DNA from: Candidatus Thorarchaeota archaeon
Lineage (GTDB): Archaea > Asgardarchaeota > Thorarchaeia > Thorarchaeales > Thorarchaeaceae
Assembly: GCA_019057475.1 (NCBI GenBank)
Contig: DXJO01000008.1
Location: forward strand, 32,001-96,000
Length of the DNA stretch: 64,000 bases
Reading direction: 5' to 3'
Part shown: piece by piece, positions 1 through 9,421 of the stretch
How positions within the stretch are numbered: position 1 is the first letter of the stretch
Layout: every line of letters begins with the position of its first letter
Notes under the pieces: generated by a model
The model's input: the letters and a program-made list of their open reading frames with translations, nothing else
What the model was told of the DNA's origin: nothing
Database searches by the model: none
Made by a program: the position numbers and the translations under genes

Positions 1-442
1 TATGTTCAACGAGTTCTGATTGGCCATTCATGCGCCCCCAATTGCATTCTTTCGTGTCACACACGACAGTGTCTAAATACTCAAAGAACTGTCTTATCAA
101 CATTTCGAAGGTTCGCGAGTACCTTTTCTTATAGAATGGGATCAACCTCCAAATTGTGCAGATTCAGGGACTTCTGCTTTTCCAAGAGCAAGCTTTGGTT
201 GACCTCCAACCAAATGGATGTTAAGCTGCCAGTGGGGACGCCCTCGTACCAAGCCAGCAGAAGAAGTTTCCCTTTCGCCCGCGGGCGGATTCTGGTCTTT
301 AGCATCCTAGCTCCATCCGCAGACATATTGCGGGCACTCCTTTTCGTGCGAATTTGCAGCTAGACTTCTGTGCTCATATTCAAGCACAAAGATTGCATCA
401 GGAGTCGCCAGCGTTATTAGGGCCCCCTGCAGATATGACCTA

Positions 443-1063
443 ATGCCAAACATCCTCAGTGCAAGGGTTCTCAATCGGTTCGCAAAGCAAGTTCCTGAAC
501 TCAGAGAGGCACTACAAGCGGCAAGAATGGAACTAGAGCACACGATGACACCGCCATTCGAGATGCTGATCAGATCAATCGTCTACCAGCAGTTGTCAGG
601 AAAAGCCGCACGAACAATCCACGACCGAATGCTCGAACTCATTGGCAACCTGACACCCAAATCCGTTCTCGCGAAGACGCAAGAAGAGCTTCGAAGCGTG
701 GGTCTCTCTAGGCAGAAGGCTTCCTACCTCCACAACATAGCTGAAGCGTTCGACAAGAAGGGGTTCCTTGAGAAGTACAAGAACGCTGAATCACTTAACG
801 GACTGTCATCAGACGAGATCGTCAAGCTCTTTGTTGACATCAAGGGCGTGGGCGAGTGGACCGTGCAGATGTACATGATATTCGCGCTCGGGCGACTTGA
901 TGTACTGGCTCCAAATGATCTTGGTGTACGCAAGGGGGTCATGAATCTCTATGGGCTGGAGGAGATGCCGAACCCGAAACAGGTCAAGAATCTAGCTGAG
1001 AAGTGGCATCCATTGGAAACCGTTGGCACGATTCTTGCTTGGCGTGTGCTGGAATTTGAGTAG
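443..1063 (+). CDS. alkA: DNA-3-methyladenine glycosylase II (HhH-GPD superfamily)
   Basis: Motifs IVYQQLSGKAA, LRSVGLSRQKASYL, helix-hairpin-helix IKGVGEWTVQM and catalytic Asp in PNDLGVRKG. Confidence 0.9.
   Translation: MPNILSARVLNRFAKQVPELREALQAARMELEHTMTPPFEMLIRSIVYQQLSGKAARTIHDRMLELIGNLTPKSVLAKTQEELRSVGLSRQKASYLHNIAEAFDKKGFLEKYKNAESLNGLSSDEIVKLFVDIKGVGEWTVQMYMIFALGRLDVLAPNDLGVRKGVMNLYGLEEMPNPKQVKNLAEKWHPLETVGTILAWRVLEFE
911..1063 (+). repeat. Direct repeat copy A: last 153 bp of alkA (pairs with 4900-5052)
   Basis: Manual alignment to 4900-5052 gives 13 mismatches in 153 bp with no indels; both copies end at GAGTAG. Confidence 0.95.
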
Positions 1064-1176
1064 TACACATCTAGTCTGACTGATACCAGCAGGACCTCGT
1101 CTAGGGGGACTGTAGTCGCACATAGTGACTTCTTGGGGCTTACGATGATGCCAAGGGACATGGAAATATCATCTAA

Positions 1177-2289
1177 TTAATACTCAAGATGGAGAAGGTC
1201 ACCAGAATACGCATACTTCTCAAGAAGTCTTCTTGCCATACGTTCTGTTTCGCCTATGTTATAGCTAGTTTCGATATAGAGTTCATTAGTTAGCCTTTGT
1301 GGGCCTCTGAATTTCTCACCATTTTGATGGACTGGTTTGGTGTTTACCAAATATCGTATTTGACCTGTGGTTACTCTCACGGGGCAGTCCCTTTTAGTAA
1401 GATGGCCTCTTTTGATGAGCCACTCTGCAGTACAAGTAAGTATTCTATGCACACGCCCCCCTTCGAACTTTTCAGAATCAACTCGAATGATCTTTGGAGG
1501 GTTGCTTGATTTCGGTGTTTTTCTTCTGCCAGATGACATCCTTTGAGTTTCTTCCGTCATAGGCTGCATCCTTGCAAACAATGGAGTGCCTTTGTAGCGC
1601 TTAAGAAGAAAATGCTTGGTTTCCTCAACTTGAATATCAAGATCTTGAAATGACATCTTCACCTCATCTTGTAGGATTCTAGATGCTGCGAGAACCTGCC
1701 TTTCTTCATCAGCAATCAATGCCTGCCAAGTGGAATGGATTGCGCCTTGCTTCCTCTTCGTTAATTCGATCTGCCTTTCTAAATGCTCAATACTCTCACT
1801 ACGTATCTGCATCATTTTCTCAGCGCATTCTTCAGGATTCATGTCTATAAGGCTAATACTCCAAATAGGATCTCTAGACCATCCCTGAAACCTGTACAGA
1901 TTCCAGCACGCACCATCGGTCGTTATACCAAGATTGATGTCAAGGGCAATCAAATAGTCAGCCAATTGCATGGTTGCATTGGAATCAATGTCAACTCTTT
2001 CTCCAAGGCGTTTTACTTCAAATGCAAGGAGATTTGTTTTCCCCTTACTGAGAGTTATGTCAATCTCACCTTTTGAATTCTTCAGCTTCACTTCAATCTC
2101 TTTCATAGAGATGTATGGTGGAGAATTCCATCCAAGTTTGTGTAGAAGGGGAATGACGAGATTATCTCTTACATTATCCTCTCGTTTTTTGCCTTTTCTG
2201 AAATCATTGGGGCGCTGCTTGATCAACTCTCTGATTTTCCTAATCTCACCAACAAGTTCTGCTTTCAAGTTTCGGGATCTCCTAAACAA
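1177..2289 (-). CDS. HsdR N-terminal-like restriction endonuclease domain protein with a separate C-terminal putative DNA-binding domain
   Basis: REDNVRDNLVIPLLHKLGW...EIDITL...FEVKR...QLADY...GITTDGACWNLY matches the HSDR_N PD-(D/E)xK pattern. No helicase motifs follow. Confidence 0.8.
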   Translation of the reverse strand: MFRRSRNLKAELVGEIRKIRELIKQRPNDFRKGKKREDNVRDNLVIPLLHKLGWNSPPYISMKEIEVKLKNSKGEIDITLSKGKTNLLAFEVKRLGERVDIDSNATMQLADYLIALDINLGITTDGACWNLYRFQGWSRDPIWSISLIDMNPEECAEKMMQIRSESIEHLERQIELTKRKQGAIHSTWQALIADEERQVLAASRILQDEVKMSFQDLDIQVEETKHFLLKRYKGTPLFARMQPMTEETQRMSSGRRKTPKSSNPPKIIRVDSEKFEGGRVHRILTCTAEWLIKRGHLTKRDCPVRVTTGQIRYLVNTKPVHQNGEKFRGPQRLTNELYIETSYNIGETERMARRLLEKYAYSGDLLHLEY

Positions 2290-2356
2290 TGAATTCCCAA
2301 ATACGCACTAATCAGTTCAAATAGATATGTCTTATTCTTATTCAAATTTCCTTGGA

Positions 2357-2452
2357 GCGGGAACGGCCTAGGACCATCAAGGAGAATTGCATCAGACATG
2401 GAAAAAGTGTTTCCACAAGATGGACATTCTGCAACAAGCCTTGGAGATTTCA
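2357..2452 (-). pseudogene. Fragment of a second allele of the 5' part of the 4368-4850 nuclease gene
   Basis: 96 bp aligns without gaps to 4724-4819: LKSPRLVAECPSCGNTFSMSDAILLDGPRPFP vs MKSPELVAECPSCGDTFSMSDAVLFDGTKPFP. Confidence 0.85.
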
Positions 2453-2798
2453 GTTCTATCTCTTGATGTTGGCGGCAACCACGGTCATTACACTGGTCGC
2501 TGTAGCGTGTATCGAGGACTAATATCGAGAATCTCAGTACGGCTGCCAGAAAGACAAATATGCCGCCTAGGACTACGTTGACGGAGAGGTTAGAGGACAG
2601 TGAGCGAAGTCCCAATGTCTGGCGGTCTCGAAATTCCCGAACTGCCGAAGGAAAAGCGTCCTTGTTTCAGAAACCCGATTGTCTGTGTGGCGCTTATTAT
2701 CATTGTACCTATTGGAGGTAAGAGATGAAAAATGCCAGAGAGAAAACGCGCTTATCATGGTTTTGTTATCCCATCAAGGGTTTATGTGGGTGAGAAAA

Positions 2799-3836
2799 AT
2801 GTCATATGACGGCAGCGGTTTGACTCCCTTATTCCATGCAGAGATCTCTTCTTCACATCTTTTGTATGACATTTTCGATAAGCATAAAGCTGTTACTGCA
2901 GCTTTTATCAAAGAGTATTATGGTTTGGAGGCGGATATTCTTCTGGTAATCAGGGAGAAGTTTTATCCGAAGAAAGGCTCAATAGACTTGTTCATAACGT
3001 TCAATGCCAACGACCGCAGGTGTGCCCTTCTAATTGAAGCCAAAGTTCACGACTATTCAAGCGTAACAGATTATCAGATCAGCACTTATTATCAGGCGGT
3101 TTCAGAAGACCAAAGCTATGATGAACTCTACTTCATTTACCTGACCCAATTCAATGAAAAAACGAATTTCGATGAAACTGTGCCACCGAAGAGCCTGGTT
3201 GAAGCGGCCAGAGGTAGGGAGTTGATTGGAGAACGTTTTCTTCATCTGACCTGGGTAGATGTGCATGCGTTTCTAGAGAAACATCGAGCCAAGCTCAGCA
3301 AGGAACAGCAGCTAATGGTTGATTTGCATAGAAGTTGGATTGTAGACAAAGGGAGGACCGATTTGGCTACGAATGTAGTTGAAACAGGTGAAAGAAGCTT
3401 GGAAGATTATCTGGGTGATGTGTCGGTAGCTCTTACAGTGCTTGAACCTCTGAGGAAGAAAGTACCGAAAAAAGGGGGGCTTAGGTTGCGCATCGATTTG
3501 ACTGGATTGGATGATGCAAAACGCGATGCCGTGCTTAAGGTAATTCGCGATCTTGCCAATTCGGAATCTGTGAACCGAAAAAAGCAATTTCGGACTGATG
3601 AACTTACCCGGCAGGCTGCGGCTGATTTTTTGTCGGAAATGGCGGTCAAGTATGAATGGGATCTTCTAAGATTTTACACTGGTTTGTTTCATTTCGCTTA
3701 TGAAACGAGCTTTCTGCGGTTGTATGGAAAAGGAACCAGGGGTTTTTCAATCAAGCTGGAAGTGATTGACAAGGGCGAGATCAGCCTCTGCACGCTTTGG
3801 AGGAATAAGCTTGTTGAGTTTATGTTGAGAAGGTAA
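2799..3836 (+). CDS. PD-(D/E)xK nuclease superfamily protein
   Basis: REKFYPKKGSIDLFI...LLIEAKV...YQISTYY...YFIYLT motif series. Start moved to ATG 2799 after a GGGTGA RBS (ORF track starts at 2679). Confidence 0.75.
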   Translation: MSYDGSGLTPLFHAEISSSHLLYDIFDKHKAVTAAFIKEYYGLEADILLVIREKFYPKKGSIDLFITFNANDRRCALLIEAKVHDYSSVTDYQISTYYQAVSEDQSYDELYFIYLTQFNEKTNFDETVPPKSLVEAARGRELIGERFLHLTWVDVHAFLEKHRAKLSKEQQLMVDLHRSWIVDKGRTDLATNVVETGERSLEDYLGDVSVALTVLEPLRKKVPKKGGLRLRIDLTGLDDAKRDAVLKVIRDLANSESVNRKKQFRTDELTRQAAADFLSEMAVKYEWDLLRFYTGLFHFAYETSFLRLYGKGTRGFSIKLEVIDKGEISLCTLWRNKLVEFMLRR

Positions 3837-3855
3837 GTATTGACCTCTTCGAGTA

Positions 3856-4365
3856 CTATCCTAGGTCAATCTCCCCCGCGGACGAAACCCGAGCCAATTG
3901 CCAGTCATAGTCCCCTCTTTCAATTGTCTTCCTGATAGATTGACGGAGTTTCCCATAACCCGGCAGTTTCGACTGGTTGGAAAGCATCACAATCTTGTCA
4001 ATACGGTCTTTCCTCGCCATTCCGGAAAACACCACACAATCCACAGGGTAAAGGAGTGCCTTGATATCTTTCGGATGATAGCTACATCCCGGGAAAGTTT
4101 CCTTGATGACCTTGCGAACCTTTCTTGCGGCAAGTCTTCGGCCCTTTTCTCTTGAAGCTTCTCTGATTTCAGACTCCTTGTCCTTGAAAGATTCCAACCT
4201 CTTATCAAACAAATCTACTCGGTGTTCGTATTCGTCAAGCCACGTTCGTGGAGTTTCTCCCTCATAGTGAAGAGTTAGATCACTAAGACGAACAATGTCG
4301 CCACAACAAGGACAGAGGCAAAGGATCGTTCGCCCATACTGGAATAGCTGAACAGGCTTAACCAC
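3856..4365 (-). CDS. Holliday-junction-resolvase-like (Endonuc_Holl) paralogue, catalytic ExK apparently lost
   Basis: N-terminal CPCCG knuckle, coiled segment, then DIKALLYPVDCVVFSG, but MLSNQS where the neighbouring gene has FLEIKTG. Confidence 0.7.
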   Translation of the reverse strand: MVKPVQLFQYGRTILCLCPCCGDIVRLSDLTLHYEGETPRTWLDEYEHRVDLFDKRLESFKDKESEIREASREKGRRLAARKVRKVIKETFPGCSYHPKDIKALLYPVDCVVFSGMARKDRIDKIVMLSNQSKLPGYGKLRQSIRKTIERGDYDWQLARVSSAGEIDLG

Positions 4366-4367
4366 TG

Positions 4368-4850
4368 TCAGACCTCCTCAAAGAAGACCCTCTCCCGGTC
4401 TATTGCCTCGAATACCATCTTCTGGTGCCGATTTGCACGAGCTTGTCCAGTCTTAATCTCCAAGAAGGTAATCGAATCAACTTTGGATTGCGTCAAACCT
4501 TTGAAGATAATAACGTCAATCGGGTCGAATAGGGCACGGCAGTCAGCAGTTTCATAGCTGAATCCTTCGAGCACGGGGACAATGTGCTCAATCATCTGTC
4601 CGATGTTCACCGCTTCCGCTGTCTTAGCAGCCCTTTTAGTAGCCCTGTCCTTCTTCTTTTTCAAGTCATCATGAGAATCTATTAGATCTTGCTCACGCTC
4701 ATCTCTTCTACCTTCAGCTTCGGGCGGGAACGGTTTTGTCCCATCAAAGAGAACCGCATCAGACATAGAAAAAGTGTCTCCACAAGATGGACATTCTGCA
4801 ACGAGCTCTGGAGATTTCATCGAACGAATTAGGCGCTCCATTTTACACAT
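4368..4850 (-). CDS. Holliday-junction-resolvase-like endonuclease (Endonuc_Holl type)
   Basis: CPSCG knuckle; GQMIEHIVP...DCRALFDPIDVIIFKG...FLEIKTG...HQK. Confidence 0.8.
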   Translation of the reverse strand: MCKMERLIRSMKSPELVAECPSCGDTFSMSDAVLFDGTKPFPPEAEGRRDEREQDLIDSHDDLKKKKDRATKRAAKTAEAVNIGQMIEHIVPVLEGFSYETADCRALFDPIDVIIFKGLTQSKVDSITFLEIKTGQARANRHQKMVFEAIDRERVFFEEV

Positions 4851-4899
4851 CCTCCTCTAGCCTGAGTCCTCCTCTGTATTAACTCTTGATGCGCCTGTT

Positions 4900-5052
4900 C
4901 CAAATGACCTTGGTGTACGCAAGGGAGTCATGAATCTCTATGGACTGGACGAGATGCCGACCCCGAAACAGGTCAAGAATCTGGCTAAGAAGTGGCATCC
5001 ATTGGAGACCGTTGGCACAGTTCTTGCCTGGCGTGTGCTGGAGTCTGAGTAG
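4900..5052 (+). pseudogene. alkA: Displaced 3' end of a second alkA allele (direct repeat copy B)
   Basis: Encodes PNDLGVRKGVMNLYGLDEMPTPKQVKNLAKKWHPLETVGTVLAWRVLESE* with no 5' part. Confidence 0.9.
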
Positions 5053-5351
5053 GTCGCTATTGGCTCTATTAATCTGGCACATGGGTGACCAATGTGTTGT
5101 CCGGCCGTTGTTGAGATGGAATCCTTCCATGCGCTAGGAGTTCTTGGACAGACACAGGTATTCACTTTGATTCGCTATTCGCTGAAATCTCCTAACTTGG
5201 ACCACCTGTGCTGATTTATAAGTAAGCAGAGCTACAATTTGGGGCGTGCTGCGAGGGAGATTATAAACAGCGTCGTTACATCGATTTCATTTAACTGGAC
5301 TTGCATGAGCAGACCTCGACCGCGTTCGTCGCAGCGGAGGAGAGAGTGTTC

Positions 5352-7796
5352 ATGCGTAAGAAGAATGGTGTCAATTGGCTTGTTGTTTTTCTCAGTTTCA
5401 TCCTGTTTCTATTGTGTTTAACACCAGTAGCTGAATTAGATGATACTGACTTGCATTCAACTATGAGTGGTACAGAGCCGTTCAGAAATATACTTCATGG
5501 CGGTATTCCGCATGCCCCCATAGTTATCGATGGGGACACCGACTTCTCTGCTACAGCATCAAATGAGAGCTGGATAGGAGATGGCTCATCAGGAAATCCA
5601 TACATCATCACTGGGTTTGACATCGACCGTGGTGGTGCCGCCGGATCCTGCATAAACATCACCAACACACGAGTGAATTTCACCGTCAGCAACTGCAATC
5701 TCACAAGTGCAAATGTGAATCCGGGTTCGGGGATCTGGTTGAGCAATGTCACTAATGGCAAGATCATCGACAATATCTTCCTAAGTGATTCCTATGCCAT
5801 CCGCCTCATTGATTCTGACAACAACACAATATCAGACAATATATGCGATGCAAACACCTGGGGCATCGCTCTTCATGCTTCTGATAGCAACCTGGTGAAT
5901 AACAACACCTGCAGCAACAACACCGATTATGGCATTTACATCACGTCCTCTAGTTCCAATACTTTAGCTAACAACACCTGCAACAGCAACAGCTATGGCA
6001 TCTTCATCATGTCCTCTAGTTCCAACACATTGGAAAACAACACCTGCAACAGCAACAGCGATCTTGGCATCTACATCACGTCCTCTAGTTCCAACACATT
6101 GGAAAACAACACCTGCTACAGCAACGGCAATTATGGCATCTTCCTTAGATACTCTGATTCCAGCACATTGAAAAACAACACCTGCAGCAGCAACAGCTAT
6201 GGCATCTACTTCCACCAATCAGATTCCAACAACGTGACCAACAACATCTGCAGTAGTAACAGATATGGTATCAGCCTGAAATATTCCTCATCTAACAATA
6301 TCATAGCTGGCAACAACTGCTCACTCAATACCAACAGAGGAATCAATCTTGAATTCGGATCAATACTCAACACAGTGGTGAACAACACCTGCAGCAGCAA
6401 CATCTATGGTATCGTTCTTTTCCGAGCTAATAACAACACCGTTGTGGACAACATGTTCACTGACAATGGTGAAGATGGCATTCATGCTAATGATGCGGAT
6501 TATAATTCATTTACCAACAACACCTGCAACACATGCCGTCAGGGCATCTATATCTTCTCTTTGTCCATCTTCAACACTGTAACCAACAACACCTGCACAA
6601 ACAATGAATGCGGGATCCACATCGGTCCGGGTGCTGACAACAATGACCTCCTGTGGAACGTCTTCGTGAACAACACTGAGAATGCTTTAGACAATGCTTC
6701 GAACAATTTCTTCGACTATAACTACTGGTCAGACTACGCTGGTTATGATGCAGACGAGGATGGTATCGGCGACATTCCTTACTTATTTCTAGGAAATCAA
6801 GACCCACATCCTCTCATGGCTCCCCCAGGTTCACTCCCTTTTTGGTTGGAATCTCCAATCGACCAAGTTATTCTTATTGGTGAAACCTTCCGTTATGATT
6901 TGAATGCTTCAGTATATGGTGGTTTTGATTATTGGTGGATAGATGACACAGTGAACTTTGCTGTCGATCAATCAGGAGTTATTACAAACATCACGTTCTT
7001 GCTTTCAGTAGACTATGGTCTTTGTGTATTTGTTAATGATACAGAGGGCAATATTCTATCGGGCAGTTTTACGGTGATTGTTGAGGATTGGTCTATCCCT
7101 ATTTGGCTCGAAGCGCCTAATGATCAGCTTGTTGAGTGTGGAGTGATGCTACATTATTACCTGAATGCTTCAGACGTTTCTGGATTGGACTATTGGTGGT
7201 TGAATGATACTGTTCGCTTTTCAATTGATGAGGATGGACATGTTACCACAATAGGTATAGTTCCAGTTGGAACCTATGGAGTACAGGTCTGGGTGAATGA
7301 CACGTGGGGAAACACTCTAACTGATGCCTTCACGGTGACTGTAGTCGACACCTTGGCTCCCACTTGGGTTGAACAACCGCAAAATCAGACAATTGAGCAC
7401 GGTACCACCTTCATTTGCGATTTGAATGCTACAGACCCTTCAGGAATTGGAGTGTGGTGGGTTGATGACACTCTTCGGTTCACAGTCGACTGGACCGGGA
7501 GAGTCCGCACAGTAGATATTCTTGCTCCAGGGACTTATGGACTGCGAGTCTACGTCAGTGACATCCATGGAAACACACTGTCGGTGGCCATTCTCGTTGA
7601 GGTGACACCTGCCACTACGACAACAACAACAACTACAACAACAACTACAACAACAACTACAACAACAACTACAACAACGACCACCACTACAACGGCTGAT
7701 GAAATGGATCCGCTCCTTGCGCTTGTTTTGGGTGCAGGAATCGGAGGTGCAGCTGTGGTCGTCATTATCATTGTATATCTAAGGAAGCGGTCGTGA
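5352..7796 (+). CDS. Membrane-anchored surface protein: NosD/right-handed beta-helix, Ig-like repeats, poly-Thr linker, C-terminal TM
   Basis: Signal peptide after MRKKNG; PHAPIVIDGD...GDGS motif; NNTCxxNxYGIxI repeats; YNYWSDY.G.D...DGIGDIPY; three W.E.P.DQ modules; TM followed by RKRS. Confidence 0.85.
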   Translation: MRKKNGVNWLVVFLSFILFLLCLTPVAELDDTDLHSTMSGTEPFRNILHGGIPHAPIVIDGDTDFSATASNESWIGDGSSGNPYIITGFDIDRGGAAGSCINITNTRVNFTVSNCNLTSANVNPGSGIWLSNVTNGKIIDNIFLSDSYAIRLIDSDNNTISDNICDANTWGIALHASDSNLVNNNTCSNNTDYGIYITSSSSNTLANNTCNSNSYGIFIMSSSSNTLENNTCNSNSDLGIYITSSSSNTLENNTCYSNGNYGIFLRYSDSSTLKNNTCSSNSYGIYFHQSDSNNVTNNICSSNRYGISLKYSSSNNIIAGNNCSLNTNRGINLEFGSILNTVVNNTCSSNIYGIVLFRANNNTVVDNMFTDNGEDGIHANDADYNSFTNNTCNTCRQGIYIFSLSIFNTVTNNTCTNNECGIHIGPGADNNDLLWNVFVNNTENALDNASNNFFDYNYWSDYAGYDADEDGIGDIPYLFLGNQDPHPLMAPPGSLPFWLESPIDQVILIGETFRYDLNASVYGGFDYWWIDDTVNFAVDQSGVITNITFLLSVDYGLCVFVNDTEGNILSGSFTVIVEDWSIPIWLEAPNDQLVECGVMLHYYLNASDVSGLDYWWLNDTVRFSIDEDGHVTTIGIVPVGTYGVQVWVNDTWGNTLTDAFTVTVVDTLAPTWVEQPQNQTIEHGTTFICDLNATDPSGIGVWWVDDTLRFTVDWTGRVRTVDILAPGTYGLRVYVSDIHGNTLSVAILVEVTPATTTTTTTTTTTTTTTTTTTTTTTTTTTADEMDPLLALVLGAGIGGAAVVVIIIVYLRKRS
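5901..6209 (+). repeat. Intragenic tandem repeat, about 4.5 units of 66-69 bp (beta-helix coils)
   Basis: Each unit starts AACAACACCTGC; three share GTCCTCTAGTTCCAA. Confidence 0.85.
7614..7694 (+). repeat. ACA/ACT microsatellite encoding about 27 Thr
   Basis: Run built largely from ACAACAACAACT units. Confidence 0.95.
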
Positions 7797-7888
7797 CATC
7801 TACAGCAGCTTTCTAAATGGCAAAAACAGTCGCGGCAAATGTGCGTCGGGAAAGCCTGGGACTTTCCTTCGATGAGATGCATTAGTCC

Positions 7889-7921
7889 AAAAAAGAAGGG
7901 GTGGCCCCCCGAAGGGGGCAC
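7889..7921 (-). terminator. Hairpin plus T-tract terminator on the minus strand
   Basis: Minus strand reads GCCCCC-TTCG-GGGGGC (cUUCGg tetraloop) followed by CACCCCTTCTTTTTT, directly after the 7925-8160 remnant. Confidence 0.7.
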
Positions 7922-7924
7922 AAT

Positions 7925-8160
7925 TAGAATCTGCTTTCGTCGTTTAATCACTATGATATTACAACAACAGCTAATCCAAGTCCACCCAGAATGACTATGG
8001 TCATTGGGATCTCTTGTACTCCATCAGGACCTGTCGTCGTCGGTGTTGTGTCAGTTGGTGTTGCTGGTTCAGTGACTACTTCCTCTAGTACTGTCACAAT
8101 GACAGTATCAGAAACGCTGTTTCCTCCCGCATCTGTTACAATTATGGTGAAGCTGCAAAT
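7925..8160 (-). pseudogene. 3' remnant of a membrane-anchored surface protein
   Basis: Minus strand gives SFTIIVTDAGGNSVSDTVIVTVLEEVVTEPATPTDTTPTTTGPDGVQEIPMTIVILGGLGLAVVVI, then a frameshift into IVIKRRK. It resembles the end of 31535-34393 (NFTIVAVDAEGNIATDTVLVTVL). Confidence 0.8.
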
Positions 8161-8301
8161 TGGATTTTATTGTTGACGAAATCATTCAACTATCATTTAA
8201 TTTTTAGAATATACAAAAAAAAATCATTAAAAAGACAAAGATATCGCTAAAAGACTTCGATATGGATTGCTAAATTAGAGTCTGCTTCCTCACGATATTC
8301 C

Positions 8302-8937
8302 CTATTCTTGTGAATGGTCCAGAAATGTCACTACTTTATCAAGCAGATAGCATGGTGTCTTACTCAGCGACTTGCTGATATTCCCCTTTGAAGTCTTTAC
8401 AGCTTCCGCAATCTCGGAAATTCGTTTTTTCTCCCAAATGTAATAAAAGCAATGTCGCAATTGTGCTGGACTTAGACCCAAAAGAGTCGTGAGAAAGAGG
8501 ATAGAATTGATCACAGCATTGGTTTCATTGCTTGAGGTCTTCTTGTCAAGTTTAAAACCTACAAGGCTTTTCATGTATTTTGCCCGTTTTATCTCATCTA
8601 TGGCTTGTCTTGCATTCCAGAAGACCGGTCCATCACACTCATCTGCGCTCTCATTGTGGACTATGACCTTTCCTGTCCCAAGTCCAACTCGCAAGTCAAA
8701 GTTCTCCATTAGAAGACTATGAAAGACAAATATAATTGGAAGCCAATTGGTGACCAGCAGCTCGACACTATCGCCTTGGGTGAGAGTGGGGATGGCTGGA
8801 CAGTATTCTTTGAAGCGATCATATGCTTTGAGCAACAGATTCCGTATCTCTCTATCCATTTTTTTCCTATCGCGAGCAGTGACCTCTCTTGATGCCACGA
8901 TGTCAATAACGGCAGCAATCATTGCCAACTCACCCAA
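8302..8937 (-). CDS. SatD family protein with C-terminal HTH
   Basis: AVIDIVASR, TLTQGDSVE, LRVGLGTG, DGPVFWNARQAI, then ISEIAEAVKTSKGNISKSL. Confidence 0.75.
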   Translation of the reverse strand: MGELAMIAAVIDIVASREVTARDRKKMDREIRNLLLKAYDRFKEYCPAIPTLTQGDSVELLVTNWLPIIFVFHSLLMENFDLRVGLGTGKVIVHNESADECDGPVFWNARQAIDEIKRAKYMKSLVGFKLDKKTSSNETNAVINSILFLTTLLGLSPAQLRHCFYYIWEKKRISEIAEAVKTSKGNISKSLSKTPCYLLDKVVTFLDHSQE

Positions 8938-9421
8938 TTAGCAGAAATCTGAAGATTCCCCATGTCAACGCCAGAGCCATGCCAATGCTCATGAGCGTGC
9001 CTAGAATATACCAGTCGGCACAGGCACGATCATTTGTTTCCTTGCTCGAATACCGGAAAATCGCTTTTCCAGCAACAATAACCGAGAGAAAGCTAAGAAT
9101 TGACGCATATGATAACGCACTGTCATAGTAAGTGATCATAAGGGACAGAAAGACCAAACTCCTCTCTGTATATCCAATGAGATAGCCTCCGGATGGCAAG
9201 CCGCCGCAGAGAATCCCAATGTCATCCTCACTCCCTTCTCCAAGCTGTGCAAAAACCAAATCAATAAGCAAGCCTGGCAAGAATAGGGTCAATAGGTAGC
9301 CAAAGAGAATTGTGAAGAACTGAACATACAAAGTGGGTATTGGAACGACCTGTATTAGATACAGAGCAATGATGCTGGTCAGTATTATTAGCAGCCCGAG
9401 AATTCTTAGAAGCCTCTTCAT
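8930..9421 (-). CDS. Membrane protein coupled to SatD (DUF3307/SatE-like)
   Basis: GGYLIGYTER, AGKAIFRY, WYILGTLMS motifs; about 4-5 TM segments; 8-bp overlap with the SatD gene. Confidence 0.65.
   Translation of the reverse strand: MKRLLRILGLLIILTSIIALYLIQVVPIPTLYVQFFTILFGYLLTLFLPGLLIDLVFAQLGEGSEDDIGILCGGLPSGGYLIGYTERSLVFLSLMITYYDSALSYASILSFLSVIVAGKAIFRYSSKETNDRACADWYILGTLMSIGMALALTWGIFRFLLIG

Noticed and set aside
1-440. Possible gene start at 31 (minus strand) and ORF 129-326
   Set aside because: Too short or lacking motifs to call.
911-5052. Prophage or integrase-type island with attL/attR
   Set aside because: No integrase or viral genes, and the repeats are diverged coding alleles rather than identical att cores.
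5880-6700. AAC-rich near-repeats as a diversity-generating retroelement template/variable pair
   Set aside because: They are in-frame Asn-rich beta-helix coils, differences are not confined to adenines, and no reverse transcriptase is present.
7550-7951. 133-aa minus-strand ORF with poly-Val
   Set aside because: It is the antisense reading of the poly-Thr microsatellite.
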